In this document: piece after piece, positions 35,787 to 45,435 of the stretch
Layout: each line of letters begins with the position of its first letter
Position numbering within the stretch: the stretch's first letter is position 1
NCBI GenBank assembly: GCA_013044195.1
Contig: JABEUV010000114.1
Coordinates: 1-62,764, forward strand
Reading direction: 5' to 3'
DNA length: 62,764 nucleotides
From: Elusimicrobiota bacterium
Lineage (GTDB): Bacteria; Elusimicrobiota; Elusimicrobia; UBA1565; UBA9628
Made by a program: the position numbers and the translations under genes
Notes under the pieces: model-generated
The model's database searches: none
Seen by the model: only the letters and a program-made list of their open reading frames with translations
Told to the model about the DNA's origin: nothing

Positions 35787-38147
35787 ATGAAAACCATCGC
35801 GCGAAAACCGCTGTCCGATCAGGAACTCTCGCGCCTCGACGCCTACTGGCGCGCGGCCAATTATTTGTCGGTCGGGCAGATTTATCTGCTCGACAACCCC
35901 CTGCTCAAGGTTCCGCTGGAGCGCGCGCACGTCAAGCCTCGCCTGCTGGGCCACTGGGGCACGACGCCGGGCTTGAACCTGATCTATGCTCACGTCAACC
36001 GGCTGATCCGCGCGCGCGGTCTGGACGCTTTGTTCATCGCCGGTCCCGGCCACGGCGGCCCCGCGGCCGTCGCCAACGCCTACCTGGAAGGCACCTACAG
36101 CGAGGTCTACCCGCACATCACGCGCGACGAGGACGGCCTGCGTCGGCTTTTTAAGCAGTTCTCGTTTCCGGGCGGCATTCCCAGCCATGTGGCGCCGGAA
36201 ACGCCGGGTTCGATTCATGAAGGCGGGGAGCTGGGCTATGCGTTGGCTCACGCCTACGGCGCGGTCTTCGACGATCCCGACTTGCTGGCGGTGTGCGTGA
36301 TCGGCGACGGCGAAGCCGAGACCGGTCCGCTGGCGGCGAGCTGGCACTCCAACAAGTTCCTCAACCCGCGGCGCGACGGCGCGGTGCTGCCCATCCTCGC
36401 GCTCAACGGCTACAAGATCGCCGGGCCCACGGTGTTGGCGCGCATTCCCGAAAGCGAGCTCCTCTCCCTTCTGCGCGGTTACGGCTACGACCCGGTGATC
36501 GTCTCCGGCGACGTTCCCGCGCGCGTCCACCAGCGCATGGCCGCCGCGTTGGACGCGTGCGCCGACAAGATCGCGCAGATCCAGCGCGCCGCGCGCGCGC
36601 GGCACGCGCGCTCCGTGCGCCCGGCCTGGCCGATGATCGTCCTGCGCACGCCGAAAGGCTGGACCGGACCGAAGGTCGTCGACGGCCGGCCGATCGAGGG
36701 CACGTTTCGCGCCCATCAGGTGCCGATGGGCGACATGGACAAGCCCGAGCATCTGACTTTGCTCGAGTCGTGGATGAAGGGCTACCGGCCGGAGGAGCTC
36801 TTCGACGCGCGCGGACGCCTGCGCGCGGAGTTGGCCGCGCTGGCGCCTAAGGGAGTTCGGCGCATGAGCGCCAGCGCGCGCGCCAACGGCGGCTTGCGCC
36901 TGCGCGATCTGCGCCTGCCGGACTATCGCGCGTATGCCGTCGACGTGCCTCGCCCGGGGGCCGCGGACTCCGAAGCCACGCGCGCGCAGGGGCGCTTTCT
37001 GCGCGACGTGCTCAAGGCCAACCGCCGCACTTTCCGCGTGTTCGGCCCCGACGAGACGGCGTCCAACCGCTGGAACGCGGTCTTCGAGGTCGACCAGCGC
37101 TGTCTGATGGCGGAGATCCTGCCCGGCGACGAGGCCGTCTCCCACGACGGCCGCGTCATGGAGGTTTTGAGCGAACACATGTGCCAGGGCTGGCTGGAAG
37201 GCTACCTGCTCACCGGCCGCCACGGCTTCTTCAACTGCTACGAGGCCTTCATCCACATCATCGACTCCATGTTCAACCAGCACGCGAAGTGGCTGAAGGT
37301 CACGCGCGGTCTGCCCTGGCGCAAGCCCATCGCCTCGCTGAATTACCTGCTGAGCTCCCACGTCTGGCGCCAGGACCACAACGGCTTCTCTCACCAGGAT
37401 CCGGGCTTTCTGGACCATGTCGTCAACAAGAAAGCCGAAGTCGTGCGCGTCTATCTGCCGCCGGACCAGAACACCTTGCTGTCCGTGACCGACCACTGCC
37501 TGCGCAGCCGCGGCTACGTCAACGTGGTGGTGGCGGGCAAGCAGCCCGCGCCGCAGTGGCTGACCATGGACCAGGCCGCCGCGCACTGCGCGGCCGGCGT
37601 CGGGATCTGGGATTTCGCGGGAGACCCCGGGGAGCCCGACGTGGTTCTGGCGTGCTGCGGCGACGTGCCCACACTGGAGATTTTGGCCGCGGCGGCCCTG
37701 CTGCGTGCCGCCGAGCCGGACATCAAGCTGCGGCTGGTCAACGTCGTCAACCTGATGAAGCTCCAGCCGCGCGAGGAACACCCGCACGGCCTGTCCGATG
37801 AGGAATTCCTCGACCTCTTCACGCGCGACAAGCCGGTGGTCTTCGCCTTTCACGGCTACCCGTGGCTGATCCACCGCCTGACCTACCGCCGCCCCAACAG
37901 CGCGAACATTCACGTGCGCGGCTACAAAGAAGAGGGCTCGACGACGACGCCGTTCGATATGGCCGCGCGCAACGACATGGACCGCTACCGCTTGGCCATC
38001 GATGCCGTCGAGCGCGTGCCGCGCTTCTCCGCGCGCGCCGACGCTCACCGCCGCGCGTGGAGCGAGAAGCTGGCGGCCAATAAGGCCTACATCGCCGAGC
38101 GCGGCGAGGACCTGCCCGAGATCCGTGACTGGCGCTGGTCGCGCTGA
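35787..38147 (+). CDS. xfp: Phosphoketolase (xylulose-5-P/fructose-6-P)
   Basis: 786 aa. The N-terminus [21 protein letters not shown]...[10 protein letters not shown] and a full-length ThDP-enzyme layout are typical of Xfp. Confidence 0.96.
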   Translation: MKTIARKPLSDQELSRLDAYWRAANYLSVGQIYLLDNPLLKVPLERAHVKPRLLGHWGTTPGLNLIYAHVNRLIRARGLDALFIAGPGHGGPAAVANAYLEGTYSEVYPHITRDEDGLRRLFKQFSFPGGIPSHVAPETPGSIHEGGELGYALAHAYGAVFDDPDLLAVCVIGDGEAETGPLAASWHSNKFLNPRRDGAVLPILALNGYKIAGPTVLARIPESELLSLLRGYGYDPVIVSGDVPARVHQRMAAALDACADKIAQIQRAARARHARSVRPAWPMIVLRTPKGWTGPKVVDGRPIEGTFRAHQVPMGDMDKPEHLTLLESWMKGYRPEELFDARGRLRAELAALAPKGVRRMSASARANGGLRLRDLRLPDYRAYAVDVPRPGAADSEATRAQGRFLRDVLKANRRTFRVFGPDETASNRWNAVFEVDQRCLMAEILPGDEAVSHDGRVMEVLSEHMCQGWLEGYLLTGRHGFFNCYEAFIHIIDSMFNQHAKWLKVTRGLPWRKPIASLNYLLSSHVWRQDHNGFSHQDPGFLDHVVNKKAEVVRVYLPPDQNTLLSVTDHCLRSRGYVNVVVAGKQPAPQWLTMDQAAAHCAAGVGIWDFAGDPGEPDVVLACCGDVPTLEILAAAALLRAAEPDIKLRLVNVVNLMKLQPREEHPHGLSDEEFLDLFTRDKPVVFAFHGYPWLIHRLTYRRPNSANIHVRGYKEEGSTTTPFDMAARNDMDRYRLAIDAVERVPRFSARADAHRRAWSEKLAANKAYIAERGEDLPEIRDWRWSR

Positions 38148-38172
38148 GGGATTCCTGCTTCCGGAAGACCGC

Positions 38173-40551
38173 ATGACAGACCGCTCTCACGAAAGGCTGA
38201 TGGAGCAGATTCTTGAATGCGTGGGAGAGGCCATCCATGTGCTCGACATGGAGGGTCTGGTCGTCTATGAAAACGCTCATGCCGTGAATATGTTCGGCGG
38301 CGGGATGATTGGAAGGCGCGGACACGAGATCGTTCATTCGCGCCGGGAGGACGGAACGCCGTGCCCGATCGAGCAGTGTCCGATCACATTGACTTTGCAG
38401 GACGGGCGTCTGCGGCGCGTGTCGGATGATTTCTTTTGGCGTCAGAACGGTAGCGGATTTCCGGTGGACTATACCTGCGCGCCTCTGCGCGGCGGCGAAG
38501 GCGCCATGACCGGCGCCGTGGTCAGCTTCCGCGACGCTTCCGCGTTTCGCAATGCCTCGAACGTCGTGCGCGCCCATGAAGACGAACTTCGCCTTCTGAC
38601 GCGCCAATTGGAGAAGGAGCGCGCGTGCCTGATCGCAGCCCAGGCGGTGGCCAAGATCGGAAGCTGGGAGACCGATCTGGCGACCCTAAGCGCGGAATGG
38701 TCCGAGGAGGCTCACCGTATTTTCGAAACGGACGGCGCCGTTTTCCGGCCCACGCATCAAGCCTTTCTGGCCATGGTGCATCCCGAAGACCGCGCGCGCG
38801 TGGACGAAGCTTTCGGGGATTCGCTCAAAGACGATTCCGCGCGGGTGATCGAACACCGTGTTCTCTTACCCGACGGGCGCATTAAAACGGTCGAAGAGCG
38901 CTGGCGGGTGTTCGCCGACGCGTCGGGCCGCTTCGTTAAGGCGGTCGGGACATGCCAGGATATCACCGAACGAAAACGGACCGAAGGCCTGCTGCGCGAG
39001 AGCGAGGAAAAGTTTACTCAGCTCTTCGAATCCAGCCCCGCGAAGATCGCCATCGGCGACATGTTCGGTCGGATGGTGGACGTTAACGAGGCCTACGCGG
39101 AGTTTCTCGGATATGCGCGTCGGGAGATGGCGGGCCGCAGCCTCGCGGATCTGGGGATCCTGCCGCCGCAAGAATTGGAAAGGCTTATTCAAAAAGGCCG
39201 CGGGCCGGGGGCGGCCATGCGCGACGTCGAGGTCAAAATGACGGCGCGGGACGGCCGGCCGCTGCAGGTGCTGATGTCGGCGAACATACTTGTATTGAAC
39301 GGAGTGCAACACCGCGTCGCGACTTTGGTGGACATCACGGAGCTGCGACGCGCCGAAGAAGAGCGGCGTCGCCTGCAGGAGCAGGCCTTGCGCGCGCAGC
39401 GAGTGGAAAGCATCGGAACGCTGGCCGGAGGCATTGCTCATGATCTAAACAACAGCTTGTCGCCGATCATGATGTCCCTGCAGCTGCTGAGGATGAAGCT
39501 TCCCGATTTGGATTCGAAAGAACTGATCGACACTTTGGAGGGTTGCGTTCAGCATGCGGCGGACATGGTCCAACAGGTGCTGACCTTTTCCCGGGGCGTC
39601 GAAGGCCGCCGGATCGCCGTGGATCCGTTGGTCGCGGCCGGAGATATCCGCAAGATCGTGCGCGACACTTTCCCCAAGACGATCGAATTCGAGTTGGCCG
39701 CGGCGCCGGAGGTCAGGAGCGTCCTTGGCGACCCGACTCAGTTCTACCAGGTGCTGTTGAATCTCTGCGTCAACGCGCGCGACGCCATGCCCGCGGGCGG
39801 CAAGATCACGGTGACCATCGACAACGTGCGTCTGAGCGTGACGGATGTCGAACGCCTGGGCGGGGGGGCTCCCGGCGACTGCGTGCTTCTCGTGGTTTCA
39901 GACACGGGCATCGGGATTCCGCGAGAAAATCGCGAAAAAGTATTTGAACCGTTCTTCACCACCAAGGGCGTCGGCCAAGGCACGGGATTGGGCTTGTCGA
40001 CCACGCTTGCCATCGTCAAGAGTCACGGCGGCGCCATCGCGCTGGAAAGCGAGCCGGGGCGAGGATCTCGATTTCTCGTCTATTTGCCCGCCGCCCCGCT
40101 CGGCCCGACCGCGCGCGGTTCCTCCGCGGCGGAGCTTCCGTGCGGACGCGGCGAGAGGCTTCTCGTCGTCGACGACGAGGTCGCCATCCGCAACCTGCTC
40201 AAGAGAATTCTTGAATCTTACGATTATCGAGTGATGCTTGCGGCGGACGGGCGGGAGGCCGCGGCGCTCTACGCTCAGCACGGCCCATCCATCGCGGCCG
40301 TGCTGACCGATATGGCCATGCCCGGCATGGGCGGGGCGGCGCTGATTTCCGCGCTGCGCGCAATGAACCCCGCGCTCGTCATCCTGGCTTCCAGCGGACA
40401 CTCGTCGGACGTTGAGAAGTCTCAAGTTCTCTGCGACCCCTCGATACGATTCCTCGCCAAACCGTACTCCACCGAGGCGCTGTTGAAGAATATCCGGAGC
40501 GTCCTCGACGCGGGCGGCGGGGCCGGTGAACCGCGTTCGGTCCCGACGTAA
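38173..40551 (+). CDS. Hybrid sensor histidine kinase (three PAS, HisKA, HATPase, receiver)
   Basis: ATG at 38173, in frame with the track ORF. H-box IAHDLNNSL, G-box GTGLGLS, and a C-terminal receiver RLLVVDDE...DMAMPGMGG. Confidence 0.92.
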   Translation: MTDRSHERLMEQILECVGEAIHVLDMEGLVVYENAHAVNMFGGGMIGRRGHEIVHSRREDGTPCPIEQCPITLTLQDGRLRRVSDDFFWRQNGSGFPVDYTCAPLRGGEGAMTGAVVSFRDASAFRNASNVVRAHEDELRLLTRQLEKERACLIAAQAVAKIGSWETDLATLSAEWSEEAHRIFETDGAVFRPTHQAFLAMVHPEDRARVDEAFGDSLKDDSARVIEHRVLLPDGRIKTVEERWRVFADASGRFVKAVGTCQDITERKRTEGLLRESEEKFTQLFESSPAKIAIGDMFGRMVDVNEAYAEFLGYARREMAGRSLADLGILPPQELERLIQKGRGPGAAMRDVEVKMTARDGRPLQVLMSANILVLNGVQHRVATLVDITELRRAEEERRRLQEQALRAQRVESIGTLAGGIAHDLNNSLSPIMMSLQLLRMKLPDLDSKELIDTLEGCVQHAADMVQQVLTFSRGVEGRRIAVDPLVAAGDIRKIVRDTFPKTIEFELAAAPEVRSVLGDPTQFYQVLLNLCVNARDAMPAGGKITVTIDNVRLSVTDVERLGGGAPGDCVLLVVSDTGIGIPRENREKVFEPFFTTKGVGQGTGLGLSTTLAIVKSHGGAIALESEPGRGSRFLVYLPAAPLGPTARGSSAAELPCGRGERLLVVDDEVAIRNLLKRILESYDYRVMLAADGREAAALYAQHGPSIAAVLTDMAMPGMGGAALISALRAMNPALVILASSGHSSDVEKSQVLCDPSIRFLAKPYSTEALLKNIRSVLDAGGGAGEPRSVPT

Positions 40552-40562
40552 GATCGGAATTA

Positions 40563-40578
40563 AGGCCGAATCGTTGCT
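40563..40578 (+). promoter_or_regulatory. Candidate sigma-54 promoter aGGCCG-aatcg-TTGCT
   Basis: GG at 40564-40565 and GC at 40576-40577. It lies 26 nt upstream of the ATG at 40603, so the leader would be very short. Confidence 0.25.
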
Positions 40579-40602
40579 ACGTCATTTAAGGTGAGGAAGC
40601 GA

Positions 40603-41070
40603 ATGCGTTTGTTGAGTGGTCCTATTCCGGATAATAAAATCCGGATTACCGGCCTGTCGACGACGGTGCGCCACGCGCTTCAGGCGCTGGCGGGGATGCG
40701 AGTGCGGGCCCAGCGTGCCGGCGACGTCGCGCGGCGCCGCGGCCTGCCGGAGGCCGCGCTGTCCAAGATATTCCAGCGTCTGGCCAAGTTCGGCCTTCTG
40801 GAATCTCGGCGCGGTCCCGGCGGCGGCTACCGGTTGGCGCGTTCGCCCGCGGAGACCAGTCTGGCGGCCGTCGCCGACGCGTTGGAGCCGTCGGACCGGC
40901 GGCACGGGCGCTGCCTGATCGAGGATCGACCGTGCGGCGGCGGCGCCGTCTGCGCGCTGCACGAGGCCGGCGTCGCTGCGGAGGCGCAACTGCGTGGGGC
41001 GATGTCGTCGTTGACCCTCGCCGATCTGGCGCCGCGCCGACGCGTGGCCGCCGGCCGGGCGGCGAAATAA
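40603..41070 (+). CDS. Rrf2-family transcriptional regulator (NsrR/IscR-like, three clustered Cys)
   Basis: HTH LSKIFQRLAKFGLLESRRGPGGGYRLAR. Cys ligand spacing is C..x6..C..x5..C (RCLIEDRPCGGGAVCALH). The ATG at 40603 follows AGGTGAGGA. Confidence 0.9.
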   Translation: MRLLSGPIPDNKIRITGLSTTVRHALQALAGMRVRAQRAGDVARRRGLPEAALSKIFQRLAKFGLLESRRGPGGGYRLARSPAETSLAAVADALEPSDRRHGRCLIEDRPCGGGAVCALHEAGVAAEAQLRGAMSSLTLADLAPRRRVAAGRAAK

Positions 41071-41071
41071 C

Positions 41072-41551
41072 ATGTCCTGGGCCGACGCGACGGTTCACTG
41101 GCTGCACCTGACCGCGGCGATCCTCTGGGTCGGCGGGACGTTGTTCACGTCTTTGGTCGTGCATCCGGTCCTGAGCGAGAAGCTTTCCGTTGGAGAGCGC
41201 TCGGCCGTTTACGAGGCGTTGGGGCGGCGGCTCAACGCCGTGCAGTGGGGGACCTGGGCGGTTCTGCTGGCGACGGGCCTTTGGAAATTGTGGGGACTGC
41301 GCGCGACGCCCGACGTTTTTCTGGGGCCGTTCGGCCGCATTTTGGCCGTCAAGTTGACGCTCGTGGCGCTGATGGTCGCGCTGAGCCTGATCCACTCGTT
41401 GTCCTGGGGGCCGGCGCTCACACGCGGCAACCTGACGCCCCCGGCGCGCGCGGCGCTGGCCCGTCGCGCCGCTTTCTGGGGAAAAATCAACGCGCTGGTG
41501 ATGCTCGCCATCGTGTTCTGCGCCGCTTTGCTGAGGTATAACCCATGGTAA
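41072..41551 (+). CDS. CopD-like 4-TM membrane protein
   Basis: HWLHLTAAILWVGGTLF motif, four hydrophobic helices, 159 aa. Confidence 0.65.
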   Translation: MSWADATVHWLHLTAAILWVGGTLFTSLVVHPVLSEKLSVGERSAVYEALGRRLNAVQWGTWAVLLATGLWKLWGLRATPDVFLGPFGRILAVKLTLVALMVALSLIHSLSWGPALTRGNLTPPARAALARRAAFWGKINALVMLAIVFCAALLRYNPW

Positions 41552-41757
41552 ATGAAAAAGAAGAGCCGACTTTGGAACTGACCGTGCTGGAGACGCTGGA
41601 GCGCTGGCCCGCCGCGCGCGCGGTGCTGGTCGCGCGCGGGCTGGACCTGTGCTGCGGCGGCGTGCATCCGGTAGGAATGGCGGCGCGCGCGCACGGCGTG
41701 GACCCCGAGGCGCTTCTCGCGGAGCTGCGCTCGGCCGCGAGCGACGGTCGCGTGTGA
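41545..41757 (+). CDS. Stand-alone ScdA_N / DUF542-like domain (N-terminal domain of YtfE/DnrN-type iron-centre repair proteins)
   Basis: 70 aa with DLCCGG (compare DYCCGG of YtfE) followed by AARAHGVDPEALLAEL. Overlaps both neighbours. Confidence 0.72.
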   Translation: MVNEKEEPTLELTVLETLERWPAARAVLVARGLDLCCGGVHPVGMAARAHGVDPEALLAELRSAASDGRV

Positions 41758-43091
41758 ACGGCGAGGCGCCTAAGCCGGCGGCGTTCCGGGGCAGCGGGCC
41801 TTTTCTGCGTACCGCGCCGCCTCTGTGGCTGCCTCTACGCCACTTCGCGCTGGCGTCCGCGGCGCTGCTGGTCTTCGCGGGCGGTGTCGCCTGGCGCGGA
41901 GGGGATTTGGTCGGTTTTGATTTCAACGCGCGCTTCGCGCTGGGGCTGGTGCACGTCTTGACGCTGGGCTGGGTCGCGCAAACCATTCTAGGAGCTTGGT
42001 GCCAGATGCTGCCGACGCACGGGGAGACGCCGCTGGCGTTTCCGCGGATCGCGACGGCCGGCTGGTGGCTCTTCGCGCTGGGTGCGGCGGCGTATGTCGG
42101 CGCGCTGTGGGGCGGAATTGAGCGCTATTGGGTCCCGGTGTCGGCCGCCGCGGCCGGGCTGGCGCTGGAGCTTTTCGCGCTGGCCGCCACGCACGCGCGC
42201 GCGCGAAAGCGCGATGAGACGTGGCTTCATTTTGCCGCGGCGCTGGGTTGGCTGGCCGCGCTGGCGACGGCCGGCGTGCTGCTGGCCTACGACCGCGAGC
42301 GCGGGCTGCTGTTTGGCGACCCGGAGGGCGCGTTGATCGCGCACGTGCACATGGCGCTGATCGGCTTCGTGGCGACGGCGATCTACGGCGCGGGCCGCCG
42401 CCTGATTCCGTGGGTCGCGCTGAGCCAGGTCCGCGGGCGCTGGGCGGGACGCGCGAGCTTCGCTTTGACGCAGTTGGGTCTGGCGGGGCTCGCGCTTGAT
42501 GCCTTGTTCTTCGGCCGTCGGCTGATGCCGCTCTGGGCGCTCCTGATCGCGGCGGGCTTCGTTTTGTATGCGCTCCAACTGGGACCGCTGTTTGGCGGCG
42601 GCGCGTCGTTTGAGCCGTCCTTGGCGTTGACCTTGCTGTCGTTTGCCGGCGGCGTCTTATGGGCGGCGCTCGGCCTGGGGCTGGCGTTCGGACGCTTCGC
42701 CGACGCGGCGCCGGCGCGCGCGGCCTACGTCTGGGCGGCGCTCGTCGGCTGCGTGACGCCGATGATCCTGGCCCAGGTCCACAAGATCGCGCCGTTTTTG
42801 GTCTGGCTGCACGTCTACAGCCCGCGCGATTGGACGCCGCCGGTCAAGGTTCCCAAGATCGACGATCTGACCAGCCGCGGCTTGGCGTGGGCGGAGTTCT
42901 TCGCGCTGGCCGTCGCAGCACCCCTGGGAACGGCGGGTTTATGGTTGGAGCGCGGCGGGCTGGTGCGGGCGGCCGGCTTCTGCCTATCCGCGGCGGCCGC
43001 GGGCTACGCCTGGAATCTCGGTCTAGCTCTGCGGCACGTCGTGCGCCCCGACGGGCGCTGGACGCTGCCGACGGTTCACGCGGGAGAATAA
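41754..43091 (+). CDS. 12-TM histidine-rich integral membrane protein, paralog A (possibly NnrS-like; family unassigned)
   Basis: The GTG at 41754 overlaps the upstream stop (GTGTGA). About 12 hydrophobic helices. Conserved LGLVHVLTLGW, ALIAHVHMALIGF, QVHKIAPFLVWLH. By eye, roughly 45-50% identical to the ORF at 43825-45135. Confidence 0.8.
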   Translation: MNGEAPKPAAFRGSGPFLRTAPPLWLPLRHFALASAALLVFAGGVAWRGGDLVGFDFNARFALGLVHVLTLGWVAQTILGAWCQMLPTHGETPLAFPRIATAGWWLFALGAAAYVGALWGGIERYWVPVSAAAAGLALELFALAATHARARKRDETWLHFAAALGWLAALATAGVLLAYDRERGLLFGDPEGALIAHVHMALIGFVATAIYGAGRRLIPWVALSQVRGRWAGRASFALTQLGLAGLALDALFFGRRLMPLWALLIAAGFVLYALQLGPLFGGGASFEPSLALTLLSFAGGVLWAALGLGLAFGRFADAAPARAAYVWAALVGCVTPMILAQVHKIAPFLVWLHVYSPRDWTPPVKVPKIDDLTSRGLAWAEFFALAVAAPLGTAGLWLERGGLVRAAGFCLSAAAAGYAWNLGLALRHVVRPDGRWTLPTVHAGE

Positions 43092-43112
43092 AGTCCCAAA
43101 GGAGAAATCGCA

Positions 43113-43556
43113 ATGGCTGACGAAATGATTTCGGATTTTTTTAAAAAGGATCACGACGAGATCGACGCGCTGCTGGCGGCCGTCGATTTCGATCGGCCCA
43201 AGGAAGCCCTGCCGATTCTCGCGGAGTTCGACCGGAGGCTGGAGCGGCACATCGTCTGGGAAGAGGAGATCCTGTTTCCGACGGCGGCGCGCCTGGCGCC
43301 CCCGTTGGCGCACGGGCCCATCGCCGTCATGCTTGAAGAGCACATACTCATCCGCAAGGACAAGCGGGACGCCCTTGAGCGGCTTGCCGCGGGAGACGGA
43401 GCCGGCGCGAAACGTTCCACCGCCGCGATGCTGGAGGTTCTGGGCGGGCACAACATGAAGGAAGAGCAGATTCTCTATCCGACGTGCGACCGCGTCCTGG
43501 CCGGCGCGCAAGCGGCGCGGGTGATGGACGTCATCCGCGAAAAGAGCCGCGGCTAG
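43113..43556 (+). CDS. Hemerythrin-domain protein
   Basis: DFFKKDHDEID, LERHIVWEEEILFP, MLEEHILI, GGHNMKEEQILYP. This is a classic HHE pattern. Confidence 0.85.
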   Translation: MADEMISDFFKKDHDEIDALLAAVDFDRPKEALPILAEFDRRLERHIVWEEEILFPTAARLAPPLAHGPIAVMLEEHILIRKDKRDALERLAAGDGAGAKRSTAAMLEVLGGHNMKEEQILYPTCDRVLAGAQAARVMDVIREKSRG

Positions 43557-43852
43557 GGCATCAGCCGACGGCGTCCTTCCGCGGAGAGCATCGCCGGAGA
43601 CCAGGGCGGGTCCCAGTCGAGCGTGATGGAGACGGCGCGGTTTCCGGCGACGTCGTCGAGCGCGTCCTGCGCCATCTGGATGATCGTGGGGCCCAGCGGG
43701 CAGCCTTGCGACGTGAGCGTCAGGCGCACGTCCACGCTTGCCGGAGTCACCTCCAGTCCATACAGGAGGCCCATCGTCACCACGTCGAGTCCCACTTCGG
43801 GGTCGATCACCGAACCCAAGGCGGTCAGCGCGGCGCGCTTGTCTTTGTCCAT
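43553..43852 (-). CDS. DUF59 / SufT-like metal-sulfur cluster assembly domain protein
   Basis: MDKDKRAALTALGSVIDPEVGLDVVTMGLLYG...TSQGCPLG. The ATG at 43852 overlaps the upstream gene end by 28 nt. Confidence 0.78.
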   Translation of the reverse strand: MDKDKRAALTALGSVIDPEVGLDVVTMGLLYGLEVTPASVDVRLTLTSQGCPLGPTIIQMAQDALDDVAGNRAVSITLDWDPPWSPAMLSAEGRRRLMP

Positions 43853-45135
43853 GCTCCCTCCCGAATGAGAAACGATAGGCTCAGTCCCGTGTTGACGGCG
43901 TAAAGTGTGGCGGTCGCCAGGAGGAACAAGGATCCCGCGCGCAGCAGCGTCTGTGATCCCATCAGGAAGCCCGCGGTCCCGAGCGCGACGGCGGGGACCA
44001 TGGCGAAAAATTCCACCCAGGCAAGCCTTTCGCTGGCCAACTCCGTCATCTTGGGAGGAGGGCTCTTCGCAGTCCAGGGGCGGCTGCCGAACAGGTGCAG
44101 CCAGACGAGGAAAGGCACGATCTTGTGGACCTGCCCCAGAATGAACGGCGTGGCCCAGCCCACGAGGGCGGCGTAAATATAAGCGGCCAGGATGTTGGCG
44201 TCGTCGCGCAGAAACCCGAACGCAAGCCCGACGCCGAGCAAGACCCAGACCGCGCCGCCGGTCAAGGCGAGGAGCGTGTAGGCGAGGGCCGGGTCGATGC
44301 GCCGGTTGCGCGCGGAAAAAATTCGCCGCATCTGCCAGGCGTAGGCTGCGTAGGCCGCCGCGAGCAGGCACGCCCAGAGGGGCAGCAGCCGGCGGCCGAA
44401 GAATAGACCGTCCGCCGTCAACCCGGCGAGGCCCGCGAGCGTCAGGACCAGCGCAAGCCTCCCCGGCGTCTTGGAGTCCACGTGCGCGAGCGCGAACATC
44501 GCGACCAGTCGGTACGACACGCCGACGATCGTCAGCGACACCCAGCCCACGAGGGCCAGATGAACGTGCGCGATCAGCGCGCCGTGCGGATCATGAAAGA
44601 GTATGCCGCGTTCGCGGTCCCAGGCCAGCATCAACCCCAGCGCGATCACCGCGGCGAGGAGCGAAATCGAGACGGCGAGGTGGCGCGCCGTCCAGTCCAG
44701 ACGGGGGGCCAGGATCATCGTGCGCGCAAAGCAGGCGAGATAGACTCCGACGGACCCGACGAGCAGGACCGCCGCAATCCAATAGCGGCTTCCGCCCAGC
44801 CACAGCTCCCCGACGAAGCCAGAGAGCCCCAGGATGAAGGCCCACCATGCCCAACGTGCGGCCTCCGGCCAAGCCAGAGGCGTTTCCCAGAGCACGGCCG
44901 AAAGCTGGCAGATCGCCCCGAAGATCGTCATCGTGATCCAGCCCAACGTCAGGACGTGAACCAGGCCGAGGACCCATTCGGCCCGGAAGCCGAAGTCCAG
45001 GAAGCGGTCCGTTCCCCACGCGAACGCGGCCGCGAAAATCCAGAAGGCGACGGCCGCGGCGGCGAAGTGCCGCATCGGCAGGTCGATCGGCGGGGATTTG
45101 GCGAGATTGAGGGGCGGGGCGGACGCCGTGCTCAT
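43825..45135 (-). CDS. 12-TM histidine-rich integral membrane protein, paralog B
   Basis: 436 aa with the same motifs as paralog A (LGLVHVLTLGW identical; ALIAHVHLALVGW; QVHKIVPFLVWLH). The start overlaps the upstream stop (ATGA). Confidence 0.8.
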   Translation of the reverse strand: MSTASAPPLNLAKSPPIDLPMRHFAAAAVAFWIFAAAFAWGTDRFLDFGFRAEWVLGLVHVLTLGWITMTIFGAICQLSAVLWETPLAWPEAARWAWWAFILGLSGFVGELWLGGSRYWIAAVLLVGSVGVYLACFARTMILAPRLDWTARHLAVSISLLAAVIALGLMLAWDRERGILFHDPHGALIAHVHLALVGWVSLTIVGVSYRLVAMFALAHVDSKTPGRLALVLTLAGLAGLTADGLFFGRRLLPLWACLLAAAYAAYAWQMRRIFSARNRRIDPALAYTLLALTGGAVWVLLGVGLAFGFLRDDANILAAYIYAALVGWATPFILGQVHKIVPFLVWLHLFGSRPWTAKSPPPKMTELASERLAWVEFFAMVPAVALGTAGFLMGSQTLLRAGSLFLLATATLYAVNTGLSLSFLIREGAWTKTSAPR

Positions 45136-45371
45136 CGCGATTTCCGGATCGTCAGGCGATAGCGGTTCTCGGCGAGCTTGATGATCTCGTGCGCGAAGCC
45201 CGCCGCGTCCAGGTGCGCATACAGCGGCACGGGTTCCCGGAAATGCTCCACGACGAGACGGTCCTCGGGTCCCAGCGCCGTCACCGCTTCAAGAATGCGG
45301 ACCATCGGCTCCGGCGGCTCGAGGTCGCTTACGTCGAGGTTCACCGTTTTTCCTTCGCTCGGCTTATCCAT
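45132..45371 (-). CDS. DUF2249-like (TusA-fold-like) small protein
   Basis: 79 aa: LDVSDLEPPEPMVRILEAVTALGPEDRLVVEHFREPVPLY. There is no Shine-Dalgarno sequence before the ATG at 45371. Confidence 0.72.
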   Translation of the reverse strand: MDKPSEGKTVNLDVSDLEPPEPMVRILEAVTALGPEDRLVVEHFREPVPLYAHLDAAGFAHEIIKLAENRYRLTIRKSR

Positions 45372-45405
45372 GAGCTTAGAGTAGCACTCGTCGCCGGTGG
45401 GGAAC

Positions 45406-45419
45406 CTGCGCCGGCGCAG
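45406..45419 (-). promoter_or_regulatory. FNR/NnrR-type palindrome CTGCG-ccgg-CGCAG centred 41.5 nt upstream of the ATG at 45371, with -10-like TACTCT at 45383-45378
   Basis: The 14-mer is part of a perfect 20-nt palindrome (45403-45422). It matches TTGCG-N4-CGCAA at 8 of 10 positions. If +1 is the A of the ATG, the centre is at -41.5 and TACTCT occupies -12 to -7. Confidence 0.5.
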
Positions 45420-45435
45420 GTTTTTTAAGCGGCCG

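Noticed and set aside
45403-45426. Palindrome followed by TTTTTT on the plus strand, first read as an intrinsic terminator.
   Set aside because: No plus-strand gene ends anywhere near it, and on the minus strand the U-run is on the wrong side. The position at -41.5 and the FNR-type half-sites give a better explanation (see findings).
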